Source: Bacteroidota bacterium (GTDB lineage: Bacteria > Bacteroidota > Bacteroidia > 2-12-FULL-35-15). From it: a stretch of DNA of 64,000 nt. Where the stretch lies: positions 24,214 to 88,213 of the forward strand of contig JAQZBR010000003.1 in the NCBI GenBank assembly GCA_029237775.1, read 5' to 3'. The translations under genes were made by a program, and so were the position numbers. Position 1 is the first letter of the stretch, and each line of letters opens with the position of its first letter. Under the pieces are notes generated by a model, which was given only the letters and a program-made list of their open reading frames with translations, made no database searches and was not told the DNA's origin. This document shows positions 45,851 through 56,010 of this stretch, piece after piece.

Positions 45851-46936
45851 TTATCTCTTTAGAATTTCATTAAAATGCCGGAGATAATTGTTTTTTTGTG
45901 AAGCAGTGGAATAGTTGTTTTCAACAGTATTTCTGCCTGCTGCACCGAGTTTCTTTCTGAGGTCAAAGGACTCGATCAGTAACGAAAGTTTTTCCACCCA
46001 ATCCTCATTTGTTTTCGCAAGAAATCCGTTCAGGCCATCTTGGATTATTTGAGTGTTCACTCCAACTGCCGACATAACAGTTGGTACTTCAACAGCCATA
46101 TATGAAAGGCCTTTCAATCCACATTTTCCTTTTACCCACTCATCATCCGGTAAAGGCATAATACCGATGTCAAAACTTTCAAGTGACGATACCTCTGTGT
46201 CACTTGACCATGGAATCCCTTTTATGTCAAGAGACTCGTTTAAATAAGTGGGATCCCCCATTACCTTAAAATAAACTTGATCACCATACTTCTTTTTAAT
46301 GGTATGAAGAAATGGAAGAGCCTGTTCAAAATGTTTGATCGTAGTGATACTTCCGCTCCAGCCGATACAGATCCTCTGGTTCTCTGCATAAGGTTTGATT
46401 CGCCTGAATTTATCAGTGTCGATAGTTGTCGGGACCAGTTTGACGTTGCTGTTAAACTTCTTTGCGTATTCTGCAAGGTAACTGTTACCGGCAAAAACAA
46501 GATCTGATACACGAAGGATCTCACCGGTTTTCTTTTCGCTTTTTAACCATGCCCACTTTTTGTTTGCTTTGGAAGTGTCGAGGAGCCATATGGAATCATC
46601 AAAGTCAAAAACCATTTTTGCTCCCGACTTGCTGAATCCTTTTTCAAAGTATGCAGAGCCGGTCATGAAAGCCTCCCTTTGAACAAATATTATATCATAG
46701 TTCGCAGCTCTTTTCACATCAGCCATTCGCCTACGAAAGCTTCGTAAAGTGATCATCGCTTTTTTCAGTAAATGTCCCGGTTTATAAAATAATGCATCAG
46801 CTTCTTCATCAATGATATAGGAAAGCTCGCAGGAGTAACCGTTTGCCTCCAGAAAGGAAAAGTATTGTTCGAACCGGTAGCGTTGGCTCGGAGAACGGTC
46901 AGGGCGATGTGCCGCTATAAATAAGATCTTTGGCAT
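45851..46936 (-). CDS. Glycosyltransferase family 4
   Basis: FDFDD, DIGIMPL and GKCGLK motifs; start taken at ATG 46936. Confidence 0.88.
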   Translation of the reverse strand: MPKILFIAAHRPDRSPSQRYRFEQYFSFLEANGYSCELSYIIDEEADALFYKPGHLLKKAMITLRSFRRRMADVKRAANYDIIFVQREAFMTGSAYFEKGFSKSGAKMVFDFDDSIWLLDTSKANKKWAWLKSEKKTGEILRVSDLVFAGNSYLAEYAKKFNSNVKLVPTTIDTDKFRRIKPYAENQRICIGWSGSITTIKHFEQALPFLHTIKKKYGDQVYFKVMGDPTYLNESLDIKGIPWSSDTEVSSLESFDIGIMPLPDDEWVKGKCGLKGLSYMAVEVPTVMSAVGVNTQIIQDGLNGFLAKTNEDWVEKLSLLIESFDLRKKLGAAGRNTVENNYSTASQKNNYLRHFNEILKR

Positions 46937-47008
46937 CCGGTGTTGCAAAGATAAAAACTAAGCCCATACAGGCGGCAATTTTTATATCTTTGAACTTTAA
47001 CTAGCCAC

Positions 47009-48889
47009 ATGAAATTATTAGATCTGTTGTTCCGGAAGAATATGCCCCGCTGGGTGATCCTGTTCATCGACATGTGCATCTGCTTTTTTTCATTATTACT
47101 CGCTTATCTCGTTCGCTTCAATTTCTCAATTCCTGCAGTGGAAGTGGAGGCGTTCCCTCTTGTTTTTTCTATTGTACTTGGAGTTCGTTTAACCGGTTTT
47201 CTGATCTTTAAAACCTTTCAGGGCATTGTAAAATATACAAGTTCAAAAGATTCGCAAAGGATTTTCACAATGCTTACAATGGGAACGTTTGTATTTGTGA
47301 TTGTCAATGTGATCTCTTATAAATTCATAAACGGAAAATTTCCTGTGCCTTTTTCGATCATCATTATCGAATATATGGCTACTGTTTTTCTGATGATCAG
47401 TCTGCGTGTAATGTTCAAAGCATTATACAGTGAGATCTCCAACCCAAATAAAGAAAAACGGAGCGTGATCATTTTCGGTGCAGGTGCATCCGGGATTATT
47501 ACAAAACGTACGCTGGACAGGGATGCAGGAACAAAGTACAAGGTACTTGGTTTTATTGATGACGACCCTAAAAAACAGGGTAAGAAGCTTGAAGGGGTAA
47601 CTATTTTCAACCTCGATAAGCTGGAACATTTGTTAAGCAATAATGATGTTTCCGCGTTGATCATTTCTGTTCAGGATATTCCTTCACAGCGCAAACAATC
47701 GATAGTGGACATATGTCTTAACCACGACACAAAGATCCTGAATGTGCCTCCTGTTACAGATTGGATCAACGGTGAACTTAGTTTCAGGCAGATCAAGAAA
47801 GTGAGGATAGAGGAGTTGCTTGAACGCGATGCTATTCAGCTTGATAAAGAAAATATAAGCAAACAGTTTCACGGTAAAACCATTCTGATCACCGGTGCAG
47901 CAGGCAGTATCGGAAGTGAGATTGTGAGGCAGGTGATAAAATTCCATCCAAAAAAAATTGTCCTTTTAGATCAGGCAGAATCTCCTTTGTACGACCTGGA
48001 GCTGGAGCTGCATGATAAATACAAAGCACAGGAGTATGATGTTGTGATGGGAGATATCAGGAACAAAGAAAGAATGGAAAATGTTTTTAAAACGTTTTTG
48101 CCTGAGATCGTTTTTCATGCTGCAGCTTATAAACACGTTCCTATGATGGAGAATAATCCTTCGGAGTCCGTTTTCACGAATGTGTTTGGTTCAAAGAATC
48201 TGGCGGATCTTTCTGTACAATATAAAGTGGAAAAGTTTGTGATGGTCAGCACAGATAAGGCTGTGAACCCAACCAATGTGATGGGCGCAAGCAAGCGCAT
48301 TGCCGAGATCTATACGCAATCGCTGGGGAAGACTTCAGGAACAAAATTTATCACTACCAGGTTTGGAAATGTATTAGGTTCTAATGGTTCGGTAATTCCT
48401 CGTTTCCGTCAGCAGATTGAAGCCGGTGGCCCGATCACCATTACTCATCCCGATATTACCCGTTTTTTTATGACCATTCCGGAGGCTTGCCAGCTCGTGC
48501 TTGAAGCTGGTGCAATGGGTAATGGCGGTGAGATCTTTATTTTCGATATGGGCAAGTCGGTGAAGATCATTGATCTTGCTAAAAAGATGGTGAAGCTTTC
48601 CGGGCTTGTATTAGACAAGGATATTAGTATAGTTTATACAGGATTGCGGCCGGGGGAAAAACTATACGAAGAGCTGCTCGCTAATGAAGAGAATACTATT
48701 CCCACGCATCACAAACAGATCATGATCGCGAAGGTGAAGGAGTATGATCTGGCGACCGTTTCTGCTGAAATCAATGAACTCATCAGTTTGTTTCATAACC
48801 AGGATAACAAAGCCATTGTAAAGAAAATGAAAGTGCTCGTCCCGGAATTCAAAAGCAAAAATTCTGTTTTTGAGGAATTAGATGTTTGA
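47009..48889 (+). CDS. Membrane-anchored nucleotide-sugar 4,6-dehydratase (CapD/PglF family)
   Basis: Four TMs; TGAAGSIGSE, HAAAYKHVP, STDKAVNP and RFGNVLGS motifs. Confidence 0.95.
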   Translation: MKLLDLLFRKNMPRWVILFIDMCICFFSLLLAYLVRFNFSIPAVEVEAFPLVFSIVLGVRLTGFLIFKTFQGIVKYTSSKDSQRIFTMLTMGTFVFVIVNVISYKFINGKFPVPFSIIIIEYMATVFLMISLRVMFKALYSEISNPNKEKRSVIIFGAGASGIITKRTLDRDAGTKYKVLGFIDDDPKKQGKKLEGVTIFNLDKLEHLLSNNDVSALIISVQDIPSQRKQSIVDICLNHDTKILNVPPVTDWINGELSFRQIKKVRIEELLERDAIQLDKENISKQFHGKTILITGAAGSIGSEIVRQVIKFHPKKIVLLDQAESPLYDLELELHDKYKAQEYDVVMGDIRNKERMENVFKTFLPEIVFHAAAYKHVPMMENNPSESVFTNVFGSKNLADLSVQYKVEKFVMVSTDKAVNPTNVMGASKRIAEIYTQSLGKTSGTKFITTRFGNVLGSNGSVIPRFRQQIEAGGPITITHPDITRFFMTIPEACQLVLEAGAMGNGGEIFIFDMGKSVKIIDLAKKMVKLSGLVLDKDISIVYTGLRPGEKLYEELLANEENTIPTHHKQIMIAKVKEYDLATVSAEINELISLFHNQDNKAIVKKMKVLVPEFKSKNSVFEELDV

Positions 48890-49016
48890 ATAGTCGGGAG
48901 AACGGAGTTGGTGGAATAGTTCAATTCAGTCATTATCTTTCAAACACAGATTCGTAGATTTATCTTTTATTCGTTATCCGTACAAATTAAATTTTCTTAA
49001 TCATTCGAGTTTAATA

Positions 49017-49430
49017 ATGAATCCATATAAACATAAAACCCAAATACAAATTCGCTTTAAGGATGTAGACCGTTTAGGTCACGTTAATAATGCAAACCAT
49101 ATCACATATTTTGAGCTTGCACGTGTAGAATATTTTAATGCTTTAATGGGCGATGTGAAGATTGACTGGGAAAGCGAAAGCCTGATTCTGGCGAAGATGG
49201 AAATGGAATACAAACAGCCTATTTTACTTGAAGATAAATTGTTTTGTTATACATGGGTTTCACGAATCGGGTCCAAAAGCTTTGATATGAGCTGCACAAT
49301 TGTCCGTGAGATCAATGGAGTGGAGGTAGAAGCTGCTAAAGGGTTAGCTGTGATCGTTTGTTTTAATTACAAAACAAATCAAACCATTACGGTTCCCGAT
49401 CATTGGAAGAAGAAGATGTTGGGGGAATAA
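49017..49430 (+). CDS. Acyl-CoA thioesterase (4HBT/YbgC family)
   Basis: RFKDVDRLGHVNNA and YFELAR motifs. Confidence 0.92.
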   Translation: MNPYKHKTQIQIRFKDVDRLGHVNNANHITYFELARVEYFNALMGDVKIDWESESLILAKMEMEYKQPILLEDKLFCYTWVSRIGSKSFDMSCTIVREINGVEVEAAKGLAVIVCFNYKTNQTITVPDHWKKKMLGE

Positions 49431-49433
49431 CTT

Positions 49434-50015
49434 TTATCCGTGTATCGTTTCTGATTTCCCGTAATTCCGGATAACTGAGGCTTCAAACTCGATCCACTCT
49501 TTCCAGCGTTTATCAACATCAATACCTTCACCGTATTTTCTGGCAAAACCAATAAATGTGGTGTAATGGCCCGCCTCGCTGATCATTAGTTCACGATAGA
49601 ATTTTGCAAGCTCTTCATCTTTTATGTTTTCTGAAAGCACACGGAAGCGTTCGCAGCTGCGGGCTTCTATCATTGCTGAGAATAAAAGCCTGTCAACCAG
49701 CGATTGAAGTCTGCTACCACCTTTATTCATGAATTTATACAATTCATTCACATAATGATCCTTGCGTTCCAGCCCAAGAACTTTTCCTCTTGATTTAATC
49801 AGGTTGTGAACCATTTCAAAATGTTCAAGTTCTTCCTTCGCAATTGATATAAGCGCGGTTACCAGTTCCGTATAATTTGGATTATTCACAACCATTGAAA
49901 GCGCATTGGTTGCAGCTTTTTGTTCACACCACGCATGGTCGGTAAGAATTTCTTCAATATTACTTTCTACAATATTTACCCAACGAGGGTCTGTGTCTAA
50001 CTTTAATCCTAACAT
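49434..50015 (-). CDS. miaE: tRNA-(ms2io6A) hydroxylase MiaE family
   Basis: DHAWCEQKAA, EELEHF, IEARSCERF and SEAGHY motifs. Confidence 0.92.
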   Translation of the reverse strand: MLGLKLDTDPRWVNIVESNIEEILTDHAWCEQKAATNALSMVVNNPNYTELVTALISIAKEELEHFEMVHNLIKSRGKVLGLERKDHYVNELYKFMNKGGSRLQSLVDRLLFSAMIEARSCERFRVLSENIKDEELAKFYRELMISEAGHYTTFIGFARKYGEGIDVDKRWKEWIEFEASVIRNYGKSETIHG

Positions 50016-50040
50016 TTGTACTAAATTTTTTTAAGTTTTA

Positions 50041-50076
50041 CCCCCGCTCCTTTGGAGAGAGGATTAAGGGGTGAGG
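50041..50076. repeat. Degenerate REP-like element (CCCC-CTCC...GGAGAG-GG...GGGGTGAGG type)
   Basis: CCCCCGCTCCTTTGGAGAGAGGATTAAGGGGTGAGG; intergenic. Confidence 0.5.
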
Positions 50077-50079
50077 TAT

Positions 50080-51303
50080 TTAATCCAAAAATTTTTTCAT
50101 CAGTGGCCCACTGATCATACTCGTTAACAATGCCATCACAACGAGTGCGACAAACATTTTCGAGTCGATCAATCCTGCTTCGAGTGCAAGGGTGCCTAGA
50201 ATGATTTCCATTGCTCCGCGGGCATTAAGTCCAAAGCCTACAGCCAGTGATTCGCGTTTTGAAAGGCCACCCAGGTAAGCACCAAGTGATGCTCCGAATA
50301 CTTTACAGATCATTGCAAGGAATAAAACAAGCGTAACAAGTGCCCAATCAAAATTCGCAATGAAGTTCACTTTTAATCCAATTGAGACAAAGAACAAAGG
50401 AGCAAACACATTTGTTACGAACTGGTGAATAATCTCTCTTTCCCTTTCCTGAAGATGTACGCTGTCGCCTAAAGCAATTCCCACAATGAATGCCCCGAGG
50501 ATCGCGTGAAGCCCGATGTATTCGGTAAAAGCAGCGCCAAGGAAACAAAACCCTAATGAGATGGAGAGGACTCCGCCCGGCCAGGAAAGATTTTTCTGGA
50601 TCCATGGTAAAACATGATTAATGATCCAGCGACCTACGATAAGCATGAATAAACCAAATCCGAGGATCATACCTATAGTGAACCAGATGTTTGTGATATC
50701 ACCTTCCTGTCCAAGTAAGCTTAAAACAAAAGAGAAGATCAACCATCCCGTTAGATCATCAAATATGGCAGCGGCAATAATTACCATTCCAACTTTTGTT
50801 TTGAAAAGATTCAGGTCCATCAGTATCCTTGTAATAACAGGGAGGGCGGAGACTGCCATAGCAATACCGAAAAACAAAGCATAAACTAATTTTCTGTCAG
50901 GAGTGTAATTAAAGAAATTCGGGAAGAACCATACAGCAGCAAAACCAAGCATAAATGGTATGACCATGCTGGTGAAGCTGGTATAAACGGCCGTTTTTCC
51001 CTGTTTTAGTATGATCTGTAGCTGGACTTCCATTCCCGCAACAAACAACAGCATGATCACAGCAAGATTCGTGATTCCATCCATTGCAATTTTAGCAGGG
51101 CCTACCTTAGGAAAAAAATAACTGAAGGTATCAGGTGAGATCGCTCCGAAAACAGTCGGGCCGAGGAGAATACCCAAAAGGATCTCACCCATGACGATCG
51201 GCATTTTGATCTTCTTGCCAAGCTCAGCAAAAATTCTCGCCAATATCAATACCGCGCCAATACTGGCAAGCAATATCATTAATTCGTTATGTCCTAACTT
51301 CAT
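50080..51303 (-). CDS. Cation/proton antiporter (CPA2/KefB-like)
   Basis: GEILLGILLGP, FDD, PLFFVSIG and RGAMEI motifs. Confidence 0.92.
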   Translation of the reverse strand: MKLGHNELMILLASIGAVLILARIFAELGKKIKMPIVMGEILLGILLGPTVFGAISPDTFSYFFPKVGPAKIAMDGITNLAVIMLLFVAGMEVQLQIILKQGKTAVYTSFTSMVIPFMLGFAAVWFFPNFFNYTPDRKLVYALFFGIAMAVSALPVITRILMDLNLFKTKVGMVIIAAAIFDDLTGWLIFSFVLSLLGQEGDITNIWFTIGMILGFGLFMLIVGRWIINHVLPWIQKNLSWPGGVLSISLGFCFLGAAFTEYIGLHAILGAFIVGIALGDSVHLQEREREIIHQFVTNVFAPLFFVSIGLKVNFIANFDWALVTLVLFLAMICKVFGASLGAYLGGLSKRESLAVGFGLNARGAMEIILGTLALEAGLIDSKMFVALVVMALLTSMISGPLMKKFLD

Positions 51304-51306
51304 CGG

Positions 51307-52191
51307 TTAATCGCCAGATACCCTGGAATGTACAATAAGCACATTGCATGGAAGGTCGGCAAGTATAAATTCAATATCGTGTGTAAATATTCTGTCAAAT
51401 ACATTCAGATGCGTATCAGGTGAATTGATCACCAGGAGGTCCGCATTACGGTCACTTGCGTATTTACTGATAGCATAACCAGGTTTTCCTCTCACGATCT
51501 TATCAGTAATTCTGATATCTCCTGCATCGCACTGATCAATGAGTGTATGTAAATTTTCAGTGAAGTCTTCTGTGATATTTTTCTTGATCTCTTTCTGTTC
51601 CGGTGCTGTGCTGTCATCTGCAATGGCCATTGCAAGTCCGGGCAAGTGCACTTCTGTTACGATAGTGACATCTTTGACGTTCAGGTTCCGAGCCAGATAC
51701 AGAGCGGTGTTTATTGTGTGAATAGTTTTAGGATTCTCTGCTCCATTCACTATCACTTTTTTAAATTTCTGAGGTTGTAAGGTTGGATTGGTAAGAAGCA
51801 ATACCGAACATTTCGCTCTGCGGCTTATATTTCGGGCAATTGAACCAATATAAAATTTCAAAAGATTCTCTTTTTCAAGAGCGCCTAAAACAAGAAGGTC
51901 TACAATGTTAAGTTTACATAAGCGTAAAATTGTGTCGACAGGATCTCCTTCCATCCAGATTACACGGGAATGCTTTGGATCTACGCCCGCTTTTGACATC
52001 ATATCGTCTAACTGCTGATCTTTCTCCAATGATTTTTCGCCAATGTGAAGTAATAATAGTGAGGATCCGCAAGCATCGGCAAGCCTTTTAGCTTCAAGTA
52101 AGATAGGTAAGCAGCTGGGTGAAAAGGAAATTGCAACGGCAATGGTTTCAAAAGGAAAAGGAGGACGCCTTTTTAATTTACTTAAGTCCAT
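51307..52191 (-). CDS. Tandem universal stress protein
   Basis: Two USP domains (VDLLVLG...GSIA...AKCSVL; ADLLVI...LPCNVLIV). Confidence 0.88.
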   Translation of the reverse strand: MDLSKLKRRPPFPFETIAVAISFSPSCLPILLEAKRLADACGSSLLLLHIGEKSLEKDQQLDDMMSKAGVDPKHSRVIWMEGDPVDTILRLCKLNIVDLLVLGALEKENLLKFYIGSIARNISRRAKCSVLLLTNPTLQPQKFKKVIVNGAENPKTIHTINTALYLARNLNVKDVTIVTEVHLPGLAMAIADDSTAPEQKEIKKNITEDFTENLHTLIDQCDAGDIRITDKIVRGKPGYAISKYASDRNADLLVINSPDTHLNVFDRIFTHDIEFILADLPCNVLIVHSRVSGD

Positions 52192-52316
52192 TATAAATCA
52201 TTTGTTTCTGAAGCAAATATAACAAATATGCCCTACCACCATAAAACTAAATAAGCTTTTACGAAGTTTATTCGGCCCTACAACGCTATTTTTTCGTACC
52301 TTGTGTGAAATCTTAA

Positions 52317-53063
52317 ATGTTATTTTCTTTCATGATCATTCTTGTTTTTTTTCTGTTGCATTGGTTCCTTTCTTTATTTGGTCAGACTTTCTTTCTTCAC
52401 CGATATTCTTCCCATAAACTAATAATAATGAACAAGTTCTGGGAACGGTTCTTCTACCTCTTTACATTTATCACTCAGGGTTCTTCATTTCTGAACCCGC
52501 GTGCTTACGCAATTTTGCACCGTATGCACCATGCCTACAGCGATACGGAGAAAGATCCTCATTCCCCTCATTTCTTTAAAGATGTCTTCGGAATGATGTG
52601 GCACACGAAAAAGATCTACTTTGATTTTGTGTCAAAAAACGTTGAGCCGGAAAAAGCTTTCAGAGGTAATTACCCTGTATGGCCTTTAATGGACAGAATT
52701 AGCGACATGTGGATCGTAAGGATCGGCTTTGGTGTTCTTTATTTTCTATTCTATTATTATTTCGCCACAGCATGGTGGCAGTTTCTTTTATTGCCAATTC
52801 ATTTTCTTATGGGACCGATACACGGAGCTGTGGTAAACTGGTGCGGACATAAATACGGATACTCTAATTTTGATAATGATGATCACAGCAAGAACACACT
52901 TCCAATGGACTTTTTAATGCTGGGTGAACTGTTTCAGAACAATCATCATAAGAGCCCAAACAGCATCAACTTTGCAAAGAAGTGGTACGAATTCGATCCA
53001 TCATACTCTGTAATTGTAGTTCTTAGCTGGATGCGGATCGTTAAGATCCGGAAAGATCTATAG
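52317..53063 (+). CDS. Delta-9-type acyl-CoA/fatty acid desaturase
   Basis: His boxes HRYSSH, HRMHH and QNNHH; true start may be 52332. Confidence 0.92.
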   Translation: MLFSFMIILVFFLLHWFLSLFGQTFFLHRYSSHKLIIMNKFWERFFYLFTFITQGSSFLNPRAYAILHRMHHAYSDTEKDPHSPHFFKDVFGMMWHTKKIYFDFVSKNVEPEKAFRGNYPVWPLMDRISDMWIVRIGFGVLYFLFYYYFATAWWQFLLLPIHFLMGPIHGAVVNWCGHKYGYSNFDNDDHSKNTLPMDFLMLGELFQNNHHKSPNSINFAKKWYEFDPSYSVIVVLSWMRIVKIRKDL

Positions 53064-53108
53064 ATCAATTTCCTGTTCTTTTAAAAGGTTATCTTTGATG
53101 CCTTTGTT

Positions 53109-54449
53109 ATGGGCATATTTTCCACTGATTATATAAAAAGTTACAAAGCGACTTTCTCTCTTGCATATCCTGTGGTGCTGAGTCAGCTTGGCCATATCAT
53201 GGTCGGTGTCGTGGATACTGCCATGGTCGGGCAAATCGGAACCATAGAGCAGGCGGCAGTAGCTCTTTCAAATAGTCTTTATACGCTTGTACTGGTTTTT
53301 GGATTAGGTGTTTCGTATGGTGTAACACCTTTGGTTGCCGCGGCTGACAGCGCTGGAAATACGAATCAGAACAGCGAATTGCTCAAGCATGGTATTGTGA
53401 TCAATACAGTCCTTGGAATTCTCCTTTTTATTTTACTTTTTTCTATTTCACCTGTATTGAACCTGTTCGATCAAAAACAGGAAGTGGTCGATCTCGCAAT
53501 TCCTTTCCTTAATGTAATGATGCTTGGAATGATTCCACTGTGCATCTTTTCCGGATTCAAACAATTCACCGAAGGGCTATCCTTCACCGGAATCGCTATG
53601 TTGATCACAATTGCGGCCAACCTTCTGAATATATTATTGAATTATCTGATGATCTTCGGCCATTGGGGATTTCCTGAGATGGGATTAATGGGTTCCTGCT
53701 GGGCAAGCTTTATTTCCCGGGTGATCATGGCCATCGCAATGTTCGCTTATGTTTATTACAATAAGGAATTCAGAAAATACAGATCAGGATTTTCATTAAA
53801 GAACATCTCCCGCGATCTGACGAAAAAAATTCTGAATATCGGAGTGCCTTCGGGGCTTCAATGGGTATTCGAAGTTGGGGCTTTTGCATTCGCGGTAGTT
53901 ATGATCGGCTGGATAAGCCCCAAAGCTCAGGCTGCGCATCAGGTGGCTCTCAGCATAGCTGCAACAACCTACATGATGGCAAGCGGACTTTCTGCAGCGG
54001 CCTCTGTGCGTGTAGGCAATCAGGCAGGATTGCATAACCGTGAAGGAGTTCGGATAGCTGGCTTCAGCGCTTTTCTGATGGTACTGGTTTTTATGGGAGT
54101 CTGCGCGATCTCTTTCATTCTCTTTAAAGACGATTTACCCATCATATTTAACAGGGATGTTGAAGTGATCTCGATTGCTTCTTCATTGATAGTAATCGCA
54201 GCGTTTTTCCAGCTAAGTGATGGAGTGCAGGTCGTTGGGCTTGGAGCCCTCAGAGGAGTTAAAGATGTTAAGCTTCCTACAATCATTACCCTTATTGCAT
54301 ATTGGGGAATAGGTTTACCAATGAGTTATTATCTAGCTTTTAAACTGAATCTTGGAGTTGAAGGTGTATGGTATGGCTTGTCCATTGGCCTGTTTATCGC
54401 AGCCGCATGTCTTTTTCTTCGCTTTAATTATATCTCAAAAAAGATCTAA
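53109..54449 (+). CDS. MATE family efflux transporter
   Basis: VDTAMVG, AAHQVAL, ASVRVG and FQLSDG motifs; polytopic membrane protein. Confidence 0.93.
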   Translation: MGIFSTDYIKSYKATFSLAYPVVLSQLGHIMVGVVDTAMVGQIGTIEQAAVALSNSLYTLVLVFGLGVSYGVTPLVAAADSAGNTNQNSELLKHGIVINTVLGILLFILLFSISPVLNLFDQKQEVVDLAIPFLNVMMLGMIPLCIFSGFKQFTEGLSFTGIAMLITIAANLLNILLNYLMIFGHWGFPEMGLMGSCWASFISRVIMAIAMFAYVYYNKEFRKYRSGFSLKNISRDLTKKILNIGVPSGLQWVFEVGAFAFAVVMIGWISPKAQAAHQVALSIAATTYMMASGLSAAASVRVGNQAGLHNREGVRIAGFSAFLMVLVFMGVCAISFILFKDDLPIIFNRDVEVISIASSLIVIAAFFQLSDGVQVVGLGALRGVKDVKLPTIITLIAYWGIGLPMSYYLAFKLNLGVEGVWYGLSIGLFIAAACLFLRFNYISKKI

Positions 54450-54495
54450 TGTACAGGGCTTGATTTTTTATGCATTTTATTTAATTAAATATATC

Positions 54496-56010
54496 ATGCA
54501 AATTCTTTCCGCAAAACAAATAAAGGCGTTAGATGATTTCACGATCATTAACGAACCGATAAGTTCGCTTGATCTGATGGAACGTGCTGCTTCAGCTTGC
54601 GCTATCAGATTTGCAGAAATATATTCTACCGCTCATCCGGTTCACGTTTTTTGCGGGAAAGGGAATAATGGTGGTGACGGGCTCGCTATCGCGCGGTTGC
54701 TTTCACAAATGAATTTTGAAGTTAAAATTTATATAATTCAATATTCGGAAAATGAATCGGAGGACTTTGCATTCAATAGGAAGAGAATCCCGGATAATAT
54801 TCCTGTTCTTGAGATAGACAATGTTTCTGAATTGGATGCTCTGACTCCCGAAAGCAATGCGGTTGTTATCGATGCCATATTAGGTACGGGTATAAGTCGA
54901 CCTGCTGAAGGATTATTGGCTGAGGTGATTTCAAAACTCAATCAATTTGACATTCCTGTCATCTCAATTGATCTTCCTTCCGGAATGTTGGCAGATGAGT
55001 TTAACGCTCGAACAGACCAAATGATTAACGCGAGCCATACATTTACTTTTCAGTTTCCAAAGCTTTCTTTTATGCTTCCGGAAAACGCAGATTGTGTGGG
55101 GAATTTAAGCGTTCTTGATATTAGTCTTTCAAAAGAGTTCAAAGCAGAGACTAATAACTTTTATATCAGCGGAGATTTCGCAAAGCAATTAGTTAAACGG
55201 AGAAGTAGAGCATCGCATAAAGGGACTTTTGGCCATGCACTTATTATTGCCGGAAGCTACGGGAAAATGGGTGCTTCTATACTTGCCGGTCGGGCAGCAT
55301 TAAGAAGTGGTTTAGGATTATTAACGATGCATGTCCCTGCATGTGGTTATGAAATAATGCAATCCTCAATTCCGGAAGCTATGTCTAATGTGGATTCGGA
55401 AAGCAAGTATTGGACTGACAATATCCGAATTGAGAAGTTTAACGCGATTGCTGTCGGCCCCGGATTGGGAACGGAAAAACAGACGCAGAATTCCCTGAAG
55501 CTTTTAATTCAGAATTCACATGTGCCTCTTGTTCTTGATGCAGATGCATTGAACATCATTTCTGAAAATAAAACCTGGCTTGCGTTTCTTCCCGCCAGGA
55601 GTGTTCTTACACCACATCCTAAAGAGTTTGAACGGATGACTGAGAAAGCATCTTCAGGGTTTGAAAGAATAAAACTTCAAAGAGCATTCTCAATAAAAAA
55701 CAAAGTATATGTTGTTTTGAAAGGAGTTCATACTTCAGTTAGTTGTCCGGACGGAACAATTTATTTTAACTCAACCGGTAATCCGGGAATGGCTAAAGGC
55801 GGAAGTGGCGATGCGCTTACTGGTGTTATTGTTTCGCTTCTGGCTCAGGGATACAATTCCAAAGAGGCAAGTATCCTTGGTGTTTATCTGCACGGACTGG
55901 CCGGTGATTTAGCTGCGATTGAATTATCAGAAGAGGGAATAATCCCTTCAGATCTTATCAGCAAACTACCGTCAGCATTTCGCCTCCTGAAAGAAACGGG
56001 CTTACATTAA
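54496..56010 (+). CDS. nnr: Bifunctional NAD(P)HX epimerase/dehydratase
   Basis: LMERA, GKGNNGGDG, HKGTFG, DADALN, TPHPKEF and GGSGDAL motifs; start taken at ATG 54496. Confidence 0.94.
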   Translation: MQILSAKQIKALDDFTIINEPISSLDLMERAASACAIRFAEIYSTAHPVHVFCGKGNNGGDGLAIARLLSQMNFEVKIYIIQYSENESEDFAFNRKRIPDNIPVLEIDNVSELDALTPESNAVVIDAILGTGISRPAEGLLAEVISKLNQFDIPVISIDLPSGMLADEFNARTDQMINASHTFTFQFPKLSFMLPENADCVGNLSVLDISLSKEFKAETNNFYISGDFAKQLVKRRSRASHKGTFGHALIIAGSYGKMGASILAGRAALRSGLGLLTMHVPACGYEIMQSSIPEAMSNVDSESKYWTDNIRIEKFNAIAVGPGLGTEKQTQNSLKLLIQNSHVPLVLDADALNIISENKTWLAFLPARSVLTPHPKEFERMTEKASSGFERIKLQRAFSIKNKVYVVLKGVHTSVSCPDGTIYFNSTGNPGMAKGGSGDALTGVIVSLLAQGYNSKEASILGVYLHGLAGDLAAIELSEEGIIPSDLISKLPSAFRLLKETGLH

